The translations under genes and the position numbers were made by a program. Below are positions 44,675 to 55,677 of a DNA stretch of 64,000 nucleotides, one piece after another; the first letter of the stretch is position 1, and every line of letters starts with the position of its first letter. Below the pieces are notes generated by a model that saw only the letters and a list, made by a program, of their open reading frames with translations, did not search any database and had not been told where the DNA came from. Source of the DNA: Zygnema circumcarinatum SAG 698-1b (Eukaryota > Plantae > Zygnematophyceae). Location of the stretch: contig CM074814.1 of assembly GCA_037447605.1 (NCBI GenBank), positions 1,302,001 through 1,366,000 of the forward strand. The letters are read 5' to 3'.

Positions 44675-47600
44675 TTATGGCCGAAGTGCCCATAGCATCG
44701 ATAAAGCTCCGAATAGGTTGACGGTAGCGAGCTGCAGGAGACAAATTTTGTTAGCTTGAATGGAGGGTCAGCCATGTTCAGCCCCCAAGACAACAAACAT
44801 TCGGAGGCAGAGCAAATTGGAGATTGGAGATCAGCATTTGGGCAGAACTAGGCTTAACACAAAGCATCACATTGAAATCCTTTCTTTATTGGAAGGTTGA
44901 TTGACATTGTTGGACAGCGTACCACTATTAAAGATATTTGCATCGCGCCAAATGCAACCAGGGCACAGAATGCGAAAAACAGAACCTGCAAGGCAGAAAA
45001 AAAAACGCCGCTTATGTCCAAGATCAACGAATAGAAGACAGGAAAGATGAACACACTCGATGAAGCACTGCTGAAGGGTTGGACAGTGAGATACAACAGA
45101 AAACGTACTGTCCGACTGAAGACAGTAGAAAGGTAAAAGCTCCGGGCTCCGTGCCCGCCGAGGTCTCCCCGTGCTGTTCCTATGTAGTTTATTCCAAAAA
45201 CCTGCAGAGGTCATCCACTTGAAGGCTCACTAACAGATCCACATTCCCCTTCCAATGAACTGCACGATTGGGCACCTGTGCTGATGAAACTCGACTCGAT
45301 GGCAGTTTTATCATAAAGAACACTACTAACTAGAGCGGATGTGAGGTCAAATTTTAATTGCAGAAGTCCTTACAAGGCAAAGAACACCCAGCACTTGTAT
45401 CCAGCCCCGGGAAATAGACCGTACATCAAAAAGTAAACCTGCACAGGATGAGAAAAATGATGAGAAAGGAGGCAGACGAAGCGCTAGATTATCACAGGCA
45501 AGAAAACAAGAAGTAGGCAAAAGTTAATTGGTTTGCATTGTAAATCTGTTTACTAAAGGGACCGCAGACTTGGCAATAAAACTTGGAACGCCTCTGGGTA
45601 CTTGCAGAACATAAACATTGTACTCCGCCCTCTTGGATATCACTTCCTTTGAGCCCCAGATAAAAAGGAAACATGAACAAAAGAAAACAGATTATCTCTA
45701 GTGTCATACACCAAACAAGATAGCACCCGGCATGACCAATTGTTGACCATGAATGTTGTACATAGTTACATGTCGACTAAGGATCGATAATTCATCTACC
45801 GGGCTTCCGTTATACCCCCAATAAACAAAAAAATCCTCGAACATTACGCAAGCGCAGCAAAAATTCAAACACAATTCCAAGGAGATAGGCCATTGCAAGT
45901 CGACCAGGGCCAGATGAGTCATTTACCAAATACTTGCTTGGGAAAGGCAATAGTGGCAAGTCCAACCACGGTAATGTATGCTCCTGTGATGAGTGCAACT
46001 CTGGCAGCACGCTTGGAATGTACAGGAGCACCTGACTCTCCCTGCTCCACAGCCGTCCATTGTACGCTTGGCAGCTGCTTTCTAGCGAGCCTCTGAATCA
46101 CTTCATCCACTCCCCCTCCGTCAGCGATGAAGTCTCTCCGTCCTCTGCCGCTTCGCTGACTTACAGCTGGTTCTATGCTGTCCATCACAACCATGAACCC
46201 ATCCCATCGTAGTCTCAACATCTGATGTAAACAAGGACTGGTGACGAATGATGACCCATAACGAATTGTAGGACCTCCGTAGTCCAAATACGAAAAGACG
46301 TATTTATTCCTTTCTTTATACCGTAAAGTGCTCATGCGTGGGGGTGGCATTTGCAATGTATCATTCTTGTCTCCAAACATGATGGTGCTTAGCTTGCCGT
46401 GGCAGCTATTCGGTCGTGTCGGCATGAAGTTGTGAATCAGTCACCTCCTCGATCTCAGTTTCAACAAATGTAACTTGAAACATTGATCTTGCTACAGCCG
46501 GTTTCACATTAAGTATTTTCAGGAAAAAGTAGTTAGAAGCGATTGCCCTATTCACAAATTGCAGCCAGAGCTTAAGACAGAGCTTTAAGCTGATATACGA
46601 AAGGTGGACTGACAATATTCTTGGGTATCGCCTCCGAAGCTACTCACCGACCTTATTGATCCACGGTTGCTGATGGATGCAATCTCTGGATGTGGCCGTG
46701 CCCCATCCTCCGGACCTGACACAATCTCGTTTGCTATTCCAATCATGGCAGGCTCCATTGCCAATGCAAACACAGCCGCCCGGCGATCCTTGTTCAGTCC
46801 TGCGTAAACTTCACCAGCAAGGCGTCCCAAGACGAGCACATCTCCGCCTGCCCGAATGATGGAGCCCATGCCTACATCACCAAATACCTGCCAAAGCCAA
46901 CTGAGCATCATCATGTTCAGAGACATTGTACATGCCACCCCCGCGCATGAGCACTTTACAGCAGAATGAACGGAAGAAACTGGTCTTAAGTGACCAAGAT
47001 AACGAATACCTGCAAACAGTTACAAGTGCATCAAGGAATTTCTGGCACAAGGCACGAGTGCCATCTGCAGGACAAAGGATAGGTTCAATTGTCAAGCAAA
47101 CCTACAGCAGCCGCGCAATCGCGAACAGATTAACGCGGGTATGTCAATTAGAAACAAATCCACGAAAAAATCTACGAGCTCCATGTTTCTTCGAACATTT
47201 CTCTCTACACTTCCTTCCATATCAAGGAGTGTACTTAACCACTCTAATAACAGTACACTCAGATAGGCAAAACAAATGGCTCACCCAAATGATGGTAAGA
47301 CTTTCATATTCACTACCTTGATCCCTCCTAACGATCGCTTCCTCGCTTCACTTCGGCAAATTCTCTGACCTCAACCGACCATCATTGCGAAATCTCTCAC
47401 GTACAAAAGCAAAAAGAGTTGTAATGGTTTCGAAATTGATATTTAAACAAGAAATAAGGACAAGTAAACATCGAAAACACACCGTGCTATTTAGAGGTCA
47501 TGAAACGGAGAAGCAAAGAGCTCACCACGACAGAACCTTCGTAATTCACCTCCTCATACTGTCGAATGTTACGCTTGATATAGAGACATAAGCTACCCAT

Positions 47601-47927
47601 CGCGTCCGCCTGCGACTTATCCTTGCCTATCTCCTGAAGCCACGTTCCGCGAGTTGGACGGAGCCGAGCAGCTAGAACCTTCTCTACATCACGCGGCTGC
47701 CGATTCAGACCACCTTCTCCATACTCTCTCCCCCTCTCATTCCCTCTCCACCCCCCTCGAAACGTAGCACATGTCACCCTCCTTTTTGCAAGACCCCGAG
47801 GCCTTGAGAACTGCAGGCAGTCGCAGCCATGGTTTGCTACTCTCTCTCCCCTCCTCCATAAACCCCTGTCCTTCAGAGGCGCAAGCACCTTTCCTGTGAG
47901 CTCAGCCGGCTGGACCAGCCACTCCAT
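44675..47927 (-). CDS. minC: MinC C-terminal-domain protein fused to a 4-TM membrane domain, with a transit-peptide-like N-terminus (404 aa)
   Basis: Exons 47927-47526, 46887-46648, 46221-45927, 45438-45374, 45201-45109, 44985-44923 and 44731-44675 all join in phase at GT-AG sites. The segment CLYIKRNIRQYEEVNYEGSVV|VFGDVGMGSIIRAGGDVLVLGRLAGEVYAG...AVFALAMEPAMIGIA...HPEIASI has the MinC beta-helix pattern. Confidence 0.8.
46323..46959. repeat. Degenerate inverted repeat (46323-46426 vs 46867-46959) bracketing MinC exon 2
   Basis: gtaaagtgctcatgcg(t/c)gggggtggcat(t/g)t(g/a)caatgt ... aacatgatg(g/a)tgct ... tggcag.tatt.ggt..tgt.ggcatg is present on opposite strands. Confidence 0.85.
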
Positions 47928-49067
47928 GGCTGCTCCCCTCCTCCTCCTCCTCCTGCTGCTGCGCCTCCTTCAAGGAGAGCCCAAGGCCACTATGACTGCC
48001 CTTCCAGCGGTCAAATTTGCTTTCAGGAAGTTCCGGAGCAGCTCTCAATTCAGGCTCCTTTGTTAAGAGCAGCCAATCACCGCATGTCACGTGTACAGTA
48101 TGTCTACGTGGCCGTTTCTGATTGAACTTCCCGCCCTCGGGGGTGCCCACTTGCAACTGCAATCTTTGGTGCCCGCAGGAATATTGCAACAAACTCGCAT
48201 TGAGTAATGCGCCGATTACATTCATTATATAAACTCTTATGTGCAAGGTATTAATTCTAACTTTGAACCCTACCCGTGCAAAATAAGACCGTATACCGTA
48301 TGCTAACAATGTAATTATTTTAGAAAATTTCAACTTTTTGTCGAGCTCCCCATGTTGCTTTTGAAGAGAGAAATGATGTGGCATTGATTGGTCTCACGCA
48401 TGCTGGTGATGCCATCACATGTGCATGGACAAAATCAACATCATGGGGAACCACGAGGAACTAACTGGTCCCAAAGGACCTAAGCACAAAGGAAAGAGCC
48501 TCCTACATTTTATTCTCCCGTTATTCTCTTTCACCTTTGGCTCGCACGTGCCAAAGTTCGTTCACTTCACGAGTGTGAACCATGGGTCGCTTTCTCTAGG
48601 GCTTATTTGTAAGACGGGCAATGTCTCCTACTATGGCACTATTGGCGTTCTCATGCCGCGAAGTGCATAATTCAACATGTACATCCGCAGTTGACATTGA
48701 ATGGTTAGAGCACGTCTGCGAGTTTGTTACAGTTGTATCAGAGCCAAATAATTCGTCATTGCAATCCACTGTAAACACACCATGATCCTTAAGCATGGTA
48801 AGGATTGCCTACACTGTTGTCTGGCCAACGATTGGAGGTCCAAGTGATGAAAGGGCTTGAACACAACAACATGGCTTGAATGCAACTTGTTCAACAAAAA
48901 GGGAGTATGACGAAGGAGACACGCGCGCATATGTATGTCGAGACGAGGCCAAAACAATTGCCACAGTGATTCCAAGGCAGAGCCCGGGGGAGAGCCAACG
49001 AGCGGCTGCCACGTGGCAACAGGCGCAAAAAGGGGGGGTGGGGCGGGCGGCATGGCTATGGCCATTA

Positions 49068-49200
49068 GGGCGTGTCAGACTTAACGAAATCTTACGAACA
49101 AAAAAGTTTTGTAAGTACTCCGCCGCACCAGGATCGCGATGTCACCGAAGTACTCGTTCTGGTCTCAAACTTACGAACAATTTTTAAGTCTGATACCCCC
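49068..49200. mobile_element. MITE family 2, about 133 bp
   Basis: TA|GGGCGTGTCAGACTT ... AAGTCTGATACCCCC|TA. The interior is similar to the copies at 54768, 59459 and 61074. Confidence 0.8.
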
Positions 49201-49516
49201 TATTTGTCCATGACTGTTTTATGGTTAAAGCACACCATTGGCAATGTAAATATCGGGAGATCGAGGGTTCAAACCTTACTGAAGGCAAAGTTCGCTTACA
49301 AAAGAAAAACACGACTCTCACATAAGTTGTATGTATATCAACAGCATCGAATAAAACCATCGCAAAATACTTTGTAAGTGCACAAATTGGGAGTTTCAAA
49401 CCTATGCTTGTCACAGCATGCAAAAAGCATCAAAAAAGTTAGTACTTTTTACTACGCACACAGGGAGGGGGTTTCAAATGTTTGTGAAAAGCACTCAGAC
49501 ATCAAACTTTCGTTTC

Positions 49517-49716
49517 AAAAGATCAAAAGATCAAAAGATCAAAAGATCAAAAGGTCAAAAGATCAAAGGATCAAAAGATCAAAAGATCAAACGATCAAAA
49601 GATCAAAAGATCAAAAGATCAAAAGATCAAAAGATCAAAAGATCAAAAGATCAAGAGATCAAACGATCAAATGATCAAAAGATCAAAAGATCAAAAGATC
49701 AAAAGATCAAACGATC
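49517..49716. repeat. (AAGATCAA)n 8-bp minisatellite, about 25 units
   Basis: Direct reading of the sequence; occasional variant units (acgatcaa, aaggtcaa, gagatcaa). Confidence 0.95.
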
Positions 49717-49898
49717 TCTACAGAGCGCTTATGACCTGGAAAAGTTGTAAGTATCCAACACTGTCCGTCAACCCTTTCAGATAGAGTCCCAATTGGACAG
49801 GGAACCCTAAAAACCCAATGAAGGGCAACGGCATCATGACATCTGGAAAAACCCTATCTACATCACCACTTTCCCCAACATTTCTCAACGCAACTCGC

Positions 49899-52800
49899 TC
49901 AAGCTCGCTTTGGACGAATCGCAGACCCACGGGCAGTTGCAGCCGCTTTGCCCTTTCGAGTTCGCTTCACTTTTGACTTAGCCGCAGGTGACTCTGCTGA
50001 AGCTGACTTGATCTCCGCTAATGCCTGCTTGACAGCCTCCGAGGGAGCCGGAGCTGGTCCTTTGCTTCGCGTAGTTCTAGCAGTCTTAGCCCTACTCTCT
50101 CCAGGAGTTTCTTCTTGAACAGTAGTCTTGCCCTTTCTCGAAACAGATGCTTGTGAAGGGCTTATGGCTTCAGGCTCCTTTGTGACCAGTCCCTTCCTCC
50201 TCAGCTTCAATCGTTTGGCAGGATGCTCTTCATCTGCACCGGCAAGGTTTACAAAAACAGTTGTCTTCGATGCTCCAGCAACACTTACAGATATGATCTG
50301 ATTTGGTGGGGTTTGGACTGTTGGTTTTGACGAGTCTTTCGCAACTTTAGAACGCCGGTGAGAGGGCTTTGGAATGTCAGTCGATGGGAGGGGAGCTTCC
50401 TTTTCAGCCTTAGTCGCCAGTTTCCTCTTACGTTGACCAGACACAGACAAAGGCTTCATATCACGTCCCTCTTGAACTTCACCTCGTGGTTTCTTCGCAG
50501 GCACATTCTTAGACCTTGTCTTCACCGCAGCAGCCGCCTTCGATTTCTTACTTTTGACAACTATGGTTTCCAACGTTCCTTCCTTGCCTTCACTGCTCCA
50601 TTGAATCATTGCGGATTCTTTGTTTGTTGACCTTGCCACTTTTCCTTTCCCTGATTGTTTCCTATTGGCGGATTTCTTTCCCGGAGACCCCACAGCCTTC
50701 TTCCTCGAGTGTCCCAACTCGACTTCGGATTTTTCAGTTGAAGGAGATTCCAGCTTTGACTTCTAACAAGAGCAGAAGGAACAAGAAGCAATGCAAGAGT
50801 GAAAATGTCAAAACACTGCATCTTGCAACTGCACCCAGTCCGTAACTCTTTGAACATCCAAACAGCTTATTGGAATAATGCTAAGTATCAGATTAAATCT
50901 CGAAATATTTCTTCGGACGGCCGGACAAGAGCAGAGTGAGCAAGCAGAAAGTTGCCGCTGTACCAAAGGGCAGTTTAATACAAAAACTTTCGGATTCATA
51001 CTTAAAGAAAATGGCCGAGACCGTTCAGAGAGATCCCTCCTTTAAAGCTAATTTGTAATTTGAATCAAGACTCACCGAAGGTATAACACCTTTCTGTGTG
51101 TTGATTTGCCAAAAACCTTCCTGGAATGTCAAGCTTTGACGTGCAGTAGAAAATTGGATGGTGCCACGTTCGTCTTCTCCTGCACGCAAGGAAAGAAGTT
51201 GGCTCCGAGCAAACACAACAAGAGTTAAAAAAGTAGCAACATGGCAACATAACGACAAACTATTGTATAATTATAGAATATAATAATCTGACCATAGATA
51301 GCGACGGACCATCATTTGTATCTTCGCACATCTCACGTACCAGGATAGTAGACATTGACCCCTTTGCCATTTGTAGATGTCACAATTGCTTCCCACCATC
51401 TGCACATTAGTATCCACCAACACACAGTAAGATGGGTCAATCACCTCCTTGGCTTCACACCTACATTTGCAAATACGACACTCATAGTCCTCTGTTAGGG
51501 ACGATAAACAGTCACAAGTCCAACTTGTTTTGCATGATGGCTGAGAAAGCAATCGGCTTTGTCTTTTACAATTGGACAAAGCTACGTGCATCTCCTAGAT
51601 GAACGACCATATAAAGCAGCTGAATCAAAGTTGCTGAACCTTCTCAAGGCGCCAAATTGACAAAAAATTGGGTCGTAGCAAACAAAGGACCTAACAAAGC
51701 TTAAAGGTGATGGCACCAGTTTGCAAGAACTTTCAACTTGTGTAAAAAAACACATGTGTCAACAATGGAAAAAACAAAAAGAATAAGAACAGAACTTCAG
51801 CAATAAATTACTGAGGACCGCAACTTGAAGTCACCCATCAATGAGAATGCTTTAACTTACGCATCATCAATGTGAGCTTCAATCTGATCGCCACGTGTGA
51901 GCTTGGGAGTATTGTTTTTAACGCGTTTCCTCTTCTTTCCGACTACTTCAAACGACTCAATAGGTGAAATTGGGCGCACTTTTCTTGACAATGTTATCAC
52001 GCCTTCCACTTGATCAGCTTCAACTTCATCAAGCACCTCCCCACTTGGTGAAAACGAAATCGTCCATGGTGGATTCGAAGGGTACCACTCTTTCAAATTT
52101 TCAACTCCTGCAAAGGGAAAATCCAGACCATTACTTGCAGCCAATGAAGCTTTTAACTTGAGCAATCTTTAGAGCAACACAAATAAACAGCTGGCGAAAA
52201 AGGTCGTTCAGTTTCACCTACAAGTAGGTCAGGGGGGCAGTTCACAAGAGTAGGACCAAAGTCAACCAACTGTTGCAACAGACTGAAAAGTGAAATTGTT
52301 CTCACCATTGTCATCCAAGAGATCATCAAAGCAGATCAACGCTCGTGAATTCACTATCTGCTCGATGCTGCCCTTCCACCAGGCCCCTTTGAGGCCCTCT
52401 TCTTCAGTGCAAGCCTGCAATCCCCTCAAGTCAAAAGATAGAAGAACAGAAGTGACAAAGATGTACAAAAAGTACATTTCAGGTCGATTTGCATGCCGAG
52501 TATGACGAGAAAAAATAAAATGCGTGAAAGGTGCTTGTATGCATTATACCAAACGAATGTTAAAACCAAGAGATTTAGGATTACTTTTTGTGGGAATGGC
52601 CAATTGACTTGAAGATCGTGAATTACGATCAGTTTCAATATATGTCAGCTTTCTCAATGCCAAAAATTAACCAGCTTAATGCCAACAACAAACAACGAGT
52701 ACCAAAGTCCTGTCCAAAAGAGGAACATAGACTGTGACCTTACCTCAACTTTGTCACCCACTGTAAGATTGTGCTCCAGCTTGACCACCCTTCCAAATCC

Positions 52801-53683
52801 TGCATACAAAGCCTAACAATTTTTCAAAAAGTTGCTGAGGCATCTCAAGAACATCGGAATGCCCATGTACATACTAAACAATCACATTCTACTTTATACT
52901 GAACAAGCTAACTAGTTGAAACACAGTAAACTACATTCACGTGAACGTTGTCACAGTTTTGATTTCCCCTCTCCTAATAGAGACAAAACTCCACCTTCAC
53001 GATGTAGAAATCAGTTCTTTGATTGTCGACACCAATTCTACACCCGAGGACTTTGGCAGCAAGTAAAGTAAAAATTCAGCTGCTACGTCAAGATTTGTTG
53101 CAAAATCACCCGCCATCACTGTTGTATCCAGAGCTGTAGCCGTAGGCGTTTCAACCAAAGTTGCTTGCCCCAGTACATTGCTGATAGTATCAATTCCTTG
53201 TTCTGGTATATTGCCACCTTCCTCAAACTCAGCGATGTTTGCCTCAACCTCTTGTGCTGGCGGAATGCCATCTTCATTCAGTTCATTGGTGGTGGCCCCA
53301 TTCCCTTGTGCTGGCAGATTGCCACTCTTTTCGTCTCTCTCTTCTATCGTCAATATATTCATGGTTTTCTGATGCGTTTGTGCTAGCAGAATGTCACCTT
53401 CCCTCAGATCAATTATCGCTCCACCCTCTTCTGCTGGCAGGATGTCGCCTTCCATAATCCCACTCTGATTACAACTGGGGCCACTTACTTCATCACGTTG
53501 CACCTGCATGCTTTCATTTCCAAACTGAAAGAATCAGCAAGTTGTCAAAAGGACAAAAAATGGACAACTGCACGAAGCTTATGGAAGTCTTGATTGTTGA
53601 CGCCCCATTTGAAAAAGGGGCAAAGCAATTATTCCAACCAAGAAAGTGAATGACTTAAACGAATTGACCTGGAAGGCATCCAT
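49899..53683 (-). CDS. Agenet (plant Tudor-like) domain protein with a basic low-complexity C-terminus
   Basis: LTVGDKVE|ACTEEEGLKGAWWKGSIEQIVNSRALICFDDLLDDNG and a second repeat RGDQIEAHIDDA|WWEAIVT...NVYYP, then a K/S-rich last exon 50763-49899. The start codon (MDAFQ, 53683) and the donor of the 53503 exon are tentative. Confidence 0.78.
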
Positions 53684-54183
53684 AGCTCTTGCCTTGAAAC
53701 ATGCTCTCGAGGACACTGAACATGCTGGTGGCCAAAAAAACACATGATTTGGGAGAAGTGTAGACTTACAAAGAGCTTCGAAGCCTTCCAGGAGAAACAA
53801 GGAAAGGGGGGCCGGGTTGATGCGGAAGTGAGAGAGGAAGGTTAACGTTCACATAGCAAACTTTTTCCAAGCAGGCCTTTACAGAATGCAGCTTTCAGCT
53901 ATCGCAGACTATGAGGAAGCACACCTGTCTTCCACCTTCCTCGAGCGAGCTCGTGAGAGGCCTCCAAACGCTAACCCTAATGGCGCCAAAGTTCGCAGCT
54001 TCCTTTTCAATGCTCAACAATGCTCCTCCTGCCTCCCACGTCTCACCTCTCTCAAAGGAACTCTGGAAAGCTACTAATACTCGTAAAGAAACACACAAAA
54101 AAACACAAAAAAATGGTCAAATGCTGCAACTACTGCGCAAGTGGAATACCGCAGTGACACTTCTTTTCCTTTCCGTATTAGTA

Positions 54184-54760
54184 GGGCGTGTCAGACTTAA
54201 CAAAATGTTACGAATATCGAGTTTTTAGTATTACGAGAATCGAGGTTACTAAGTACTAAAAATCATCGCGCACCCGAACCTAAACCGAACCGAACGGAAG
54301 TCAACTGTGCTAAGTCAACGGGTCAACGTTGCGAAGATTGACCCGTGGGGTTTACTGAAATTGCATTTCTTCGCACGATTTTGTTCGCACCCAAAAGAGG
54401 CGCCGAAATGGACGTGCGAAGAAAATACTGGCGAAAATCGCGTCAACGTGACGTCATGGTTGTTTTCCCGGCTTCCCGCCCGCGGCCGCGCCCGCCCGTG
54501 ACGCGCAACACGACACACCGACAAGCGGTCTCCGCGCGCCGCGCCGGCGCAGTTTCTAAGTTTGAGGGCCCCGCGCGAGGGCGAAGTTGCGAAGACGGCG
54601 TTTGGAGAAGTGCGAAGACGGCGATCGCGGAGTGCGAACAGGACCGCGCCGCGAGTGCGAAAAACTACGCTCGGGAATTTTAGTTTTACTGACGTTGACT
54701 CGAAATGTTACGAATATCGAGTTTTTAGTATTACGAGAATTTTTTAAGTCTGACACGCCC
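54184..54760. mobile_element. MITE family 2, long copy with GC-rich cargo
   Basis: Perfect 15-bp TIRs GGGCGTGTCAGACTT/AAGTCTGACACGCCC with TAGTA on both flanks. An internal direct repeat (aatgttacgaatatcgagtttttagtattacgagaat, about 54205 and 54704) encloses about 460 bp of cargo. Confidence 0.8.
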
Positions 54761-54767
54761 TAGTATA

Positions 54768-54883
54768 AGGGGTGTCTGACTTAACGTAAAACATAAGTAC
54801 TCCGCTAAATGAGGATGACTTTTTCTCCGAAGTAGTCGTCCTTGTCTCAATTTTACGAACAACTTTTCAAGTCTGACACACCT
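54768..54883. mobile_element. MITE family 2, short copy
   Basis: AGGGGTGTCTGACTT ... AAGTCTGACACACCT; the right TIR overlaps the start of the adjacent foldback element. Confidence 0.7.
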
Positions 54884-55662
54884 TTTTTGTCTACACACAG
54901 ACCTTTTTTCGCCGGGCGGATTTTAAAATAGTGAAAAAAGGATTAACAACAGAAAATGCTCCTTTCACACTTTTTTGGAATCGAAACACACCCGTTTTCC
55001 GTCGGGCAGAGTTTTTGTACAATCCGCTCAGAGCGGAAGATCCGTCCGCCACGAGATCGGTCGCGGGTGTGCGTCCTTCACACATGCGGTTAATCTGAGC
55101 CGTCGAGTCTACCTCAGATCGCACCACGGCAGATCACCGTTCGATATGCAGTCGGGCTCGGTCCCAGCGAATGGCACGCGCCCACGTGTCACACACAAGG
55201 AGTGCGTCCTTCACACGTGCAGTTACTCTCAGCCGTCGATTCTCTCGTAGATCGCACCACGGCAGATCACCGTTCGATCTGCAGTCGGGCTCGGTCCCAG
55301 CGAATGGCACGTGCCCACGTGTCTTGCACACGCCGGCTCAAAGGTCTGACAGCGACACGTGGGCGCGTGCCATTCGCTGTGACCGAGCCCCCAGATCGAA
55401 CGGTGATCTGCCGTGGTGCGATCGAGGTAGACTCGACGGCTCAGATTAACCGCATGTGTGAAGGACGCACACCCGCGATCGATCTCGTGGCGGACGGATC
55501 TTCCGCTCTGAGCGGATTGTACAAAAACTCTGCCCGACGAAAAACGGGTGTGTTTCGATTCCAAAAAAGTGTGAAAGAAGCATTTTCTGTTGTTAATCCT
55601 TTTTTCACTATTTTAAAATCCGCCCGGCGAAAAAAGGTCTGTGTGTAGACAAAAAAGGTGTG
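54877..55662. mobile_element. Foldback element with about 310-bp arms
   Basis: 54877-55190 is the reverse complement of 55353-55662, and a third, direct copy of a roughly 120-bp sub-repeat lies at about 55203-55322. No TSD was found. Confidence 0.8.
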
Positions 55663-55677
55663 AGAATAGAATTTTCC

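Noticed and set aside
49517-49716. CRISPR-like array (also considered for the GTAC arrays)
   Set aside because: There are no unique spacers and no cas genes, and the context is eukaryotic.
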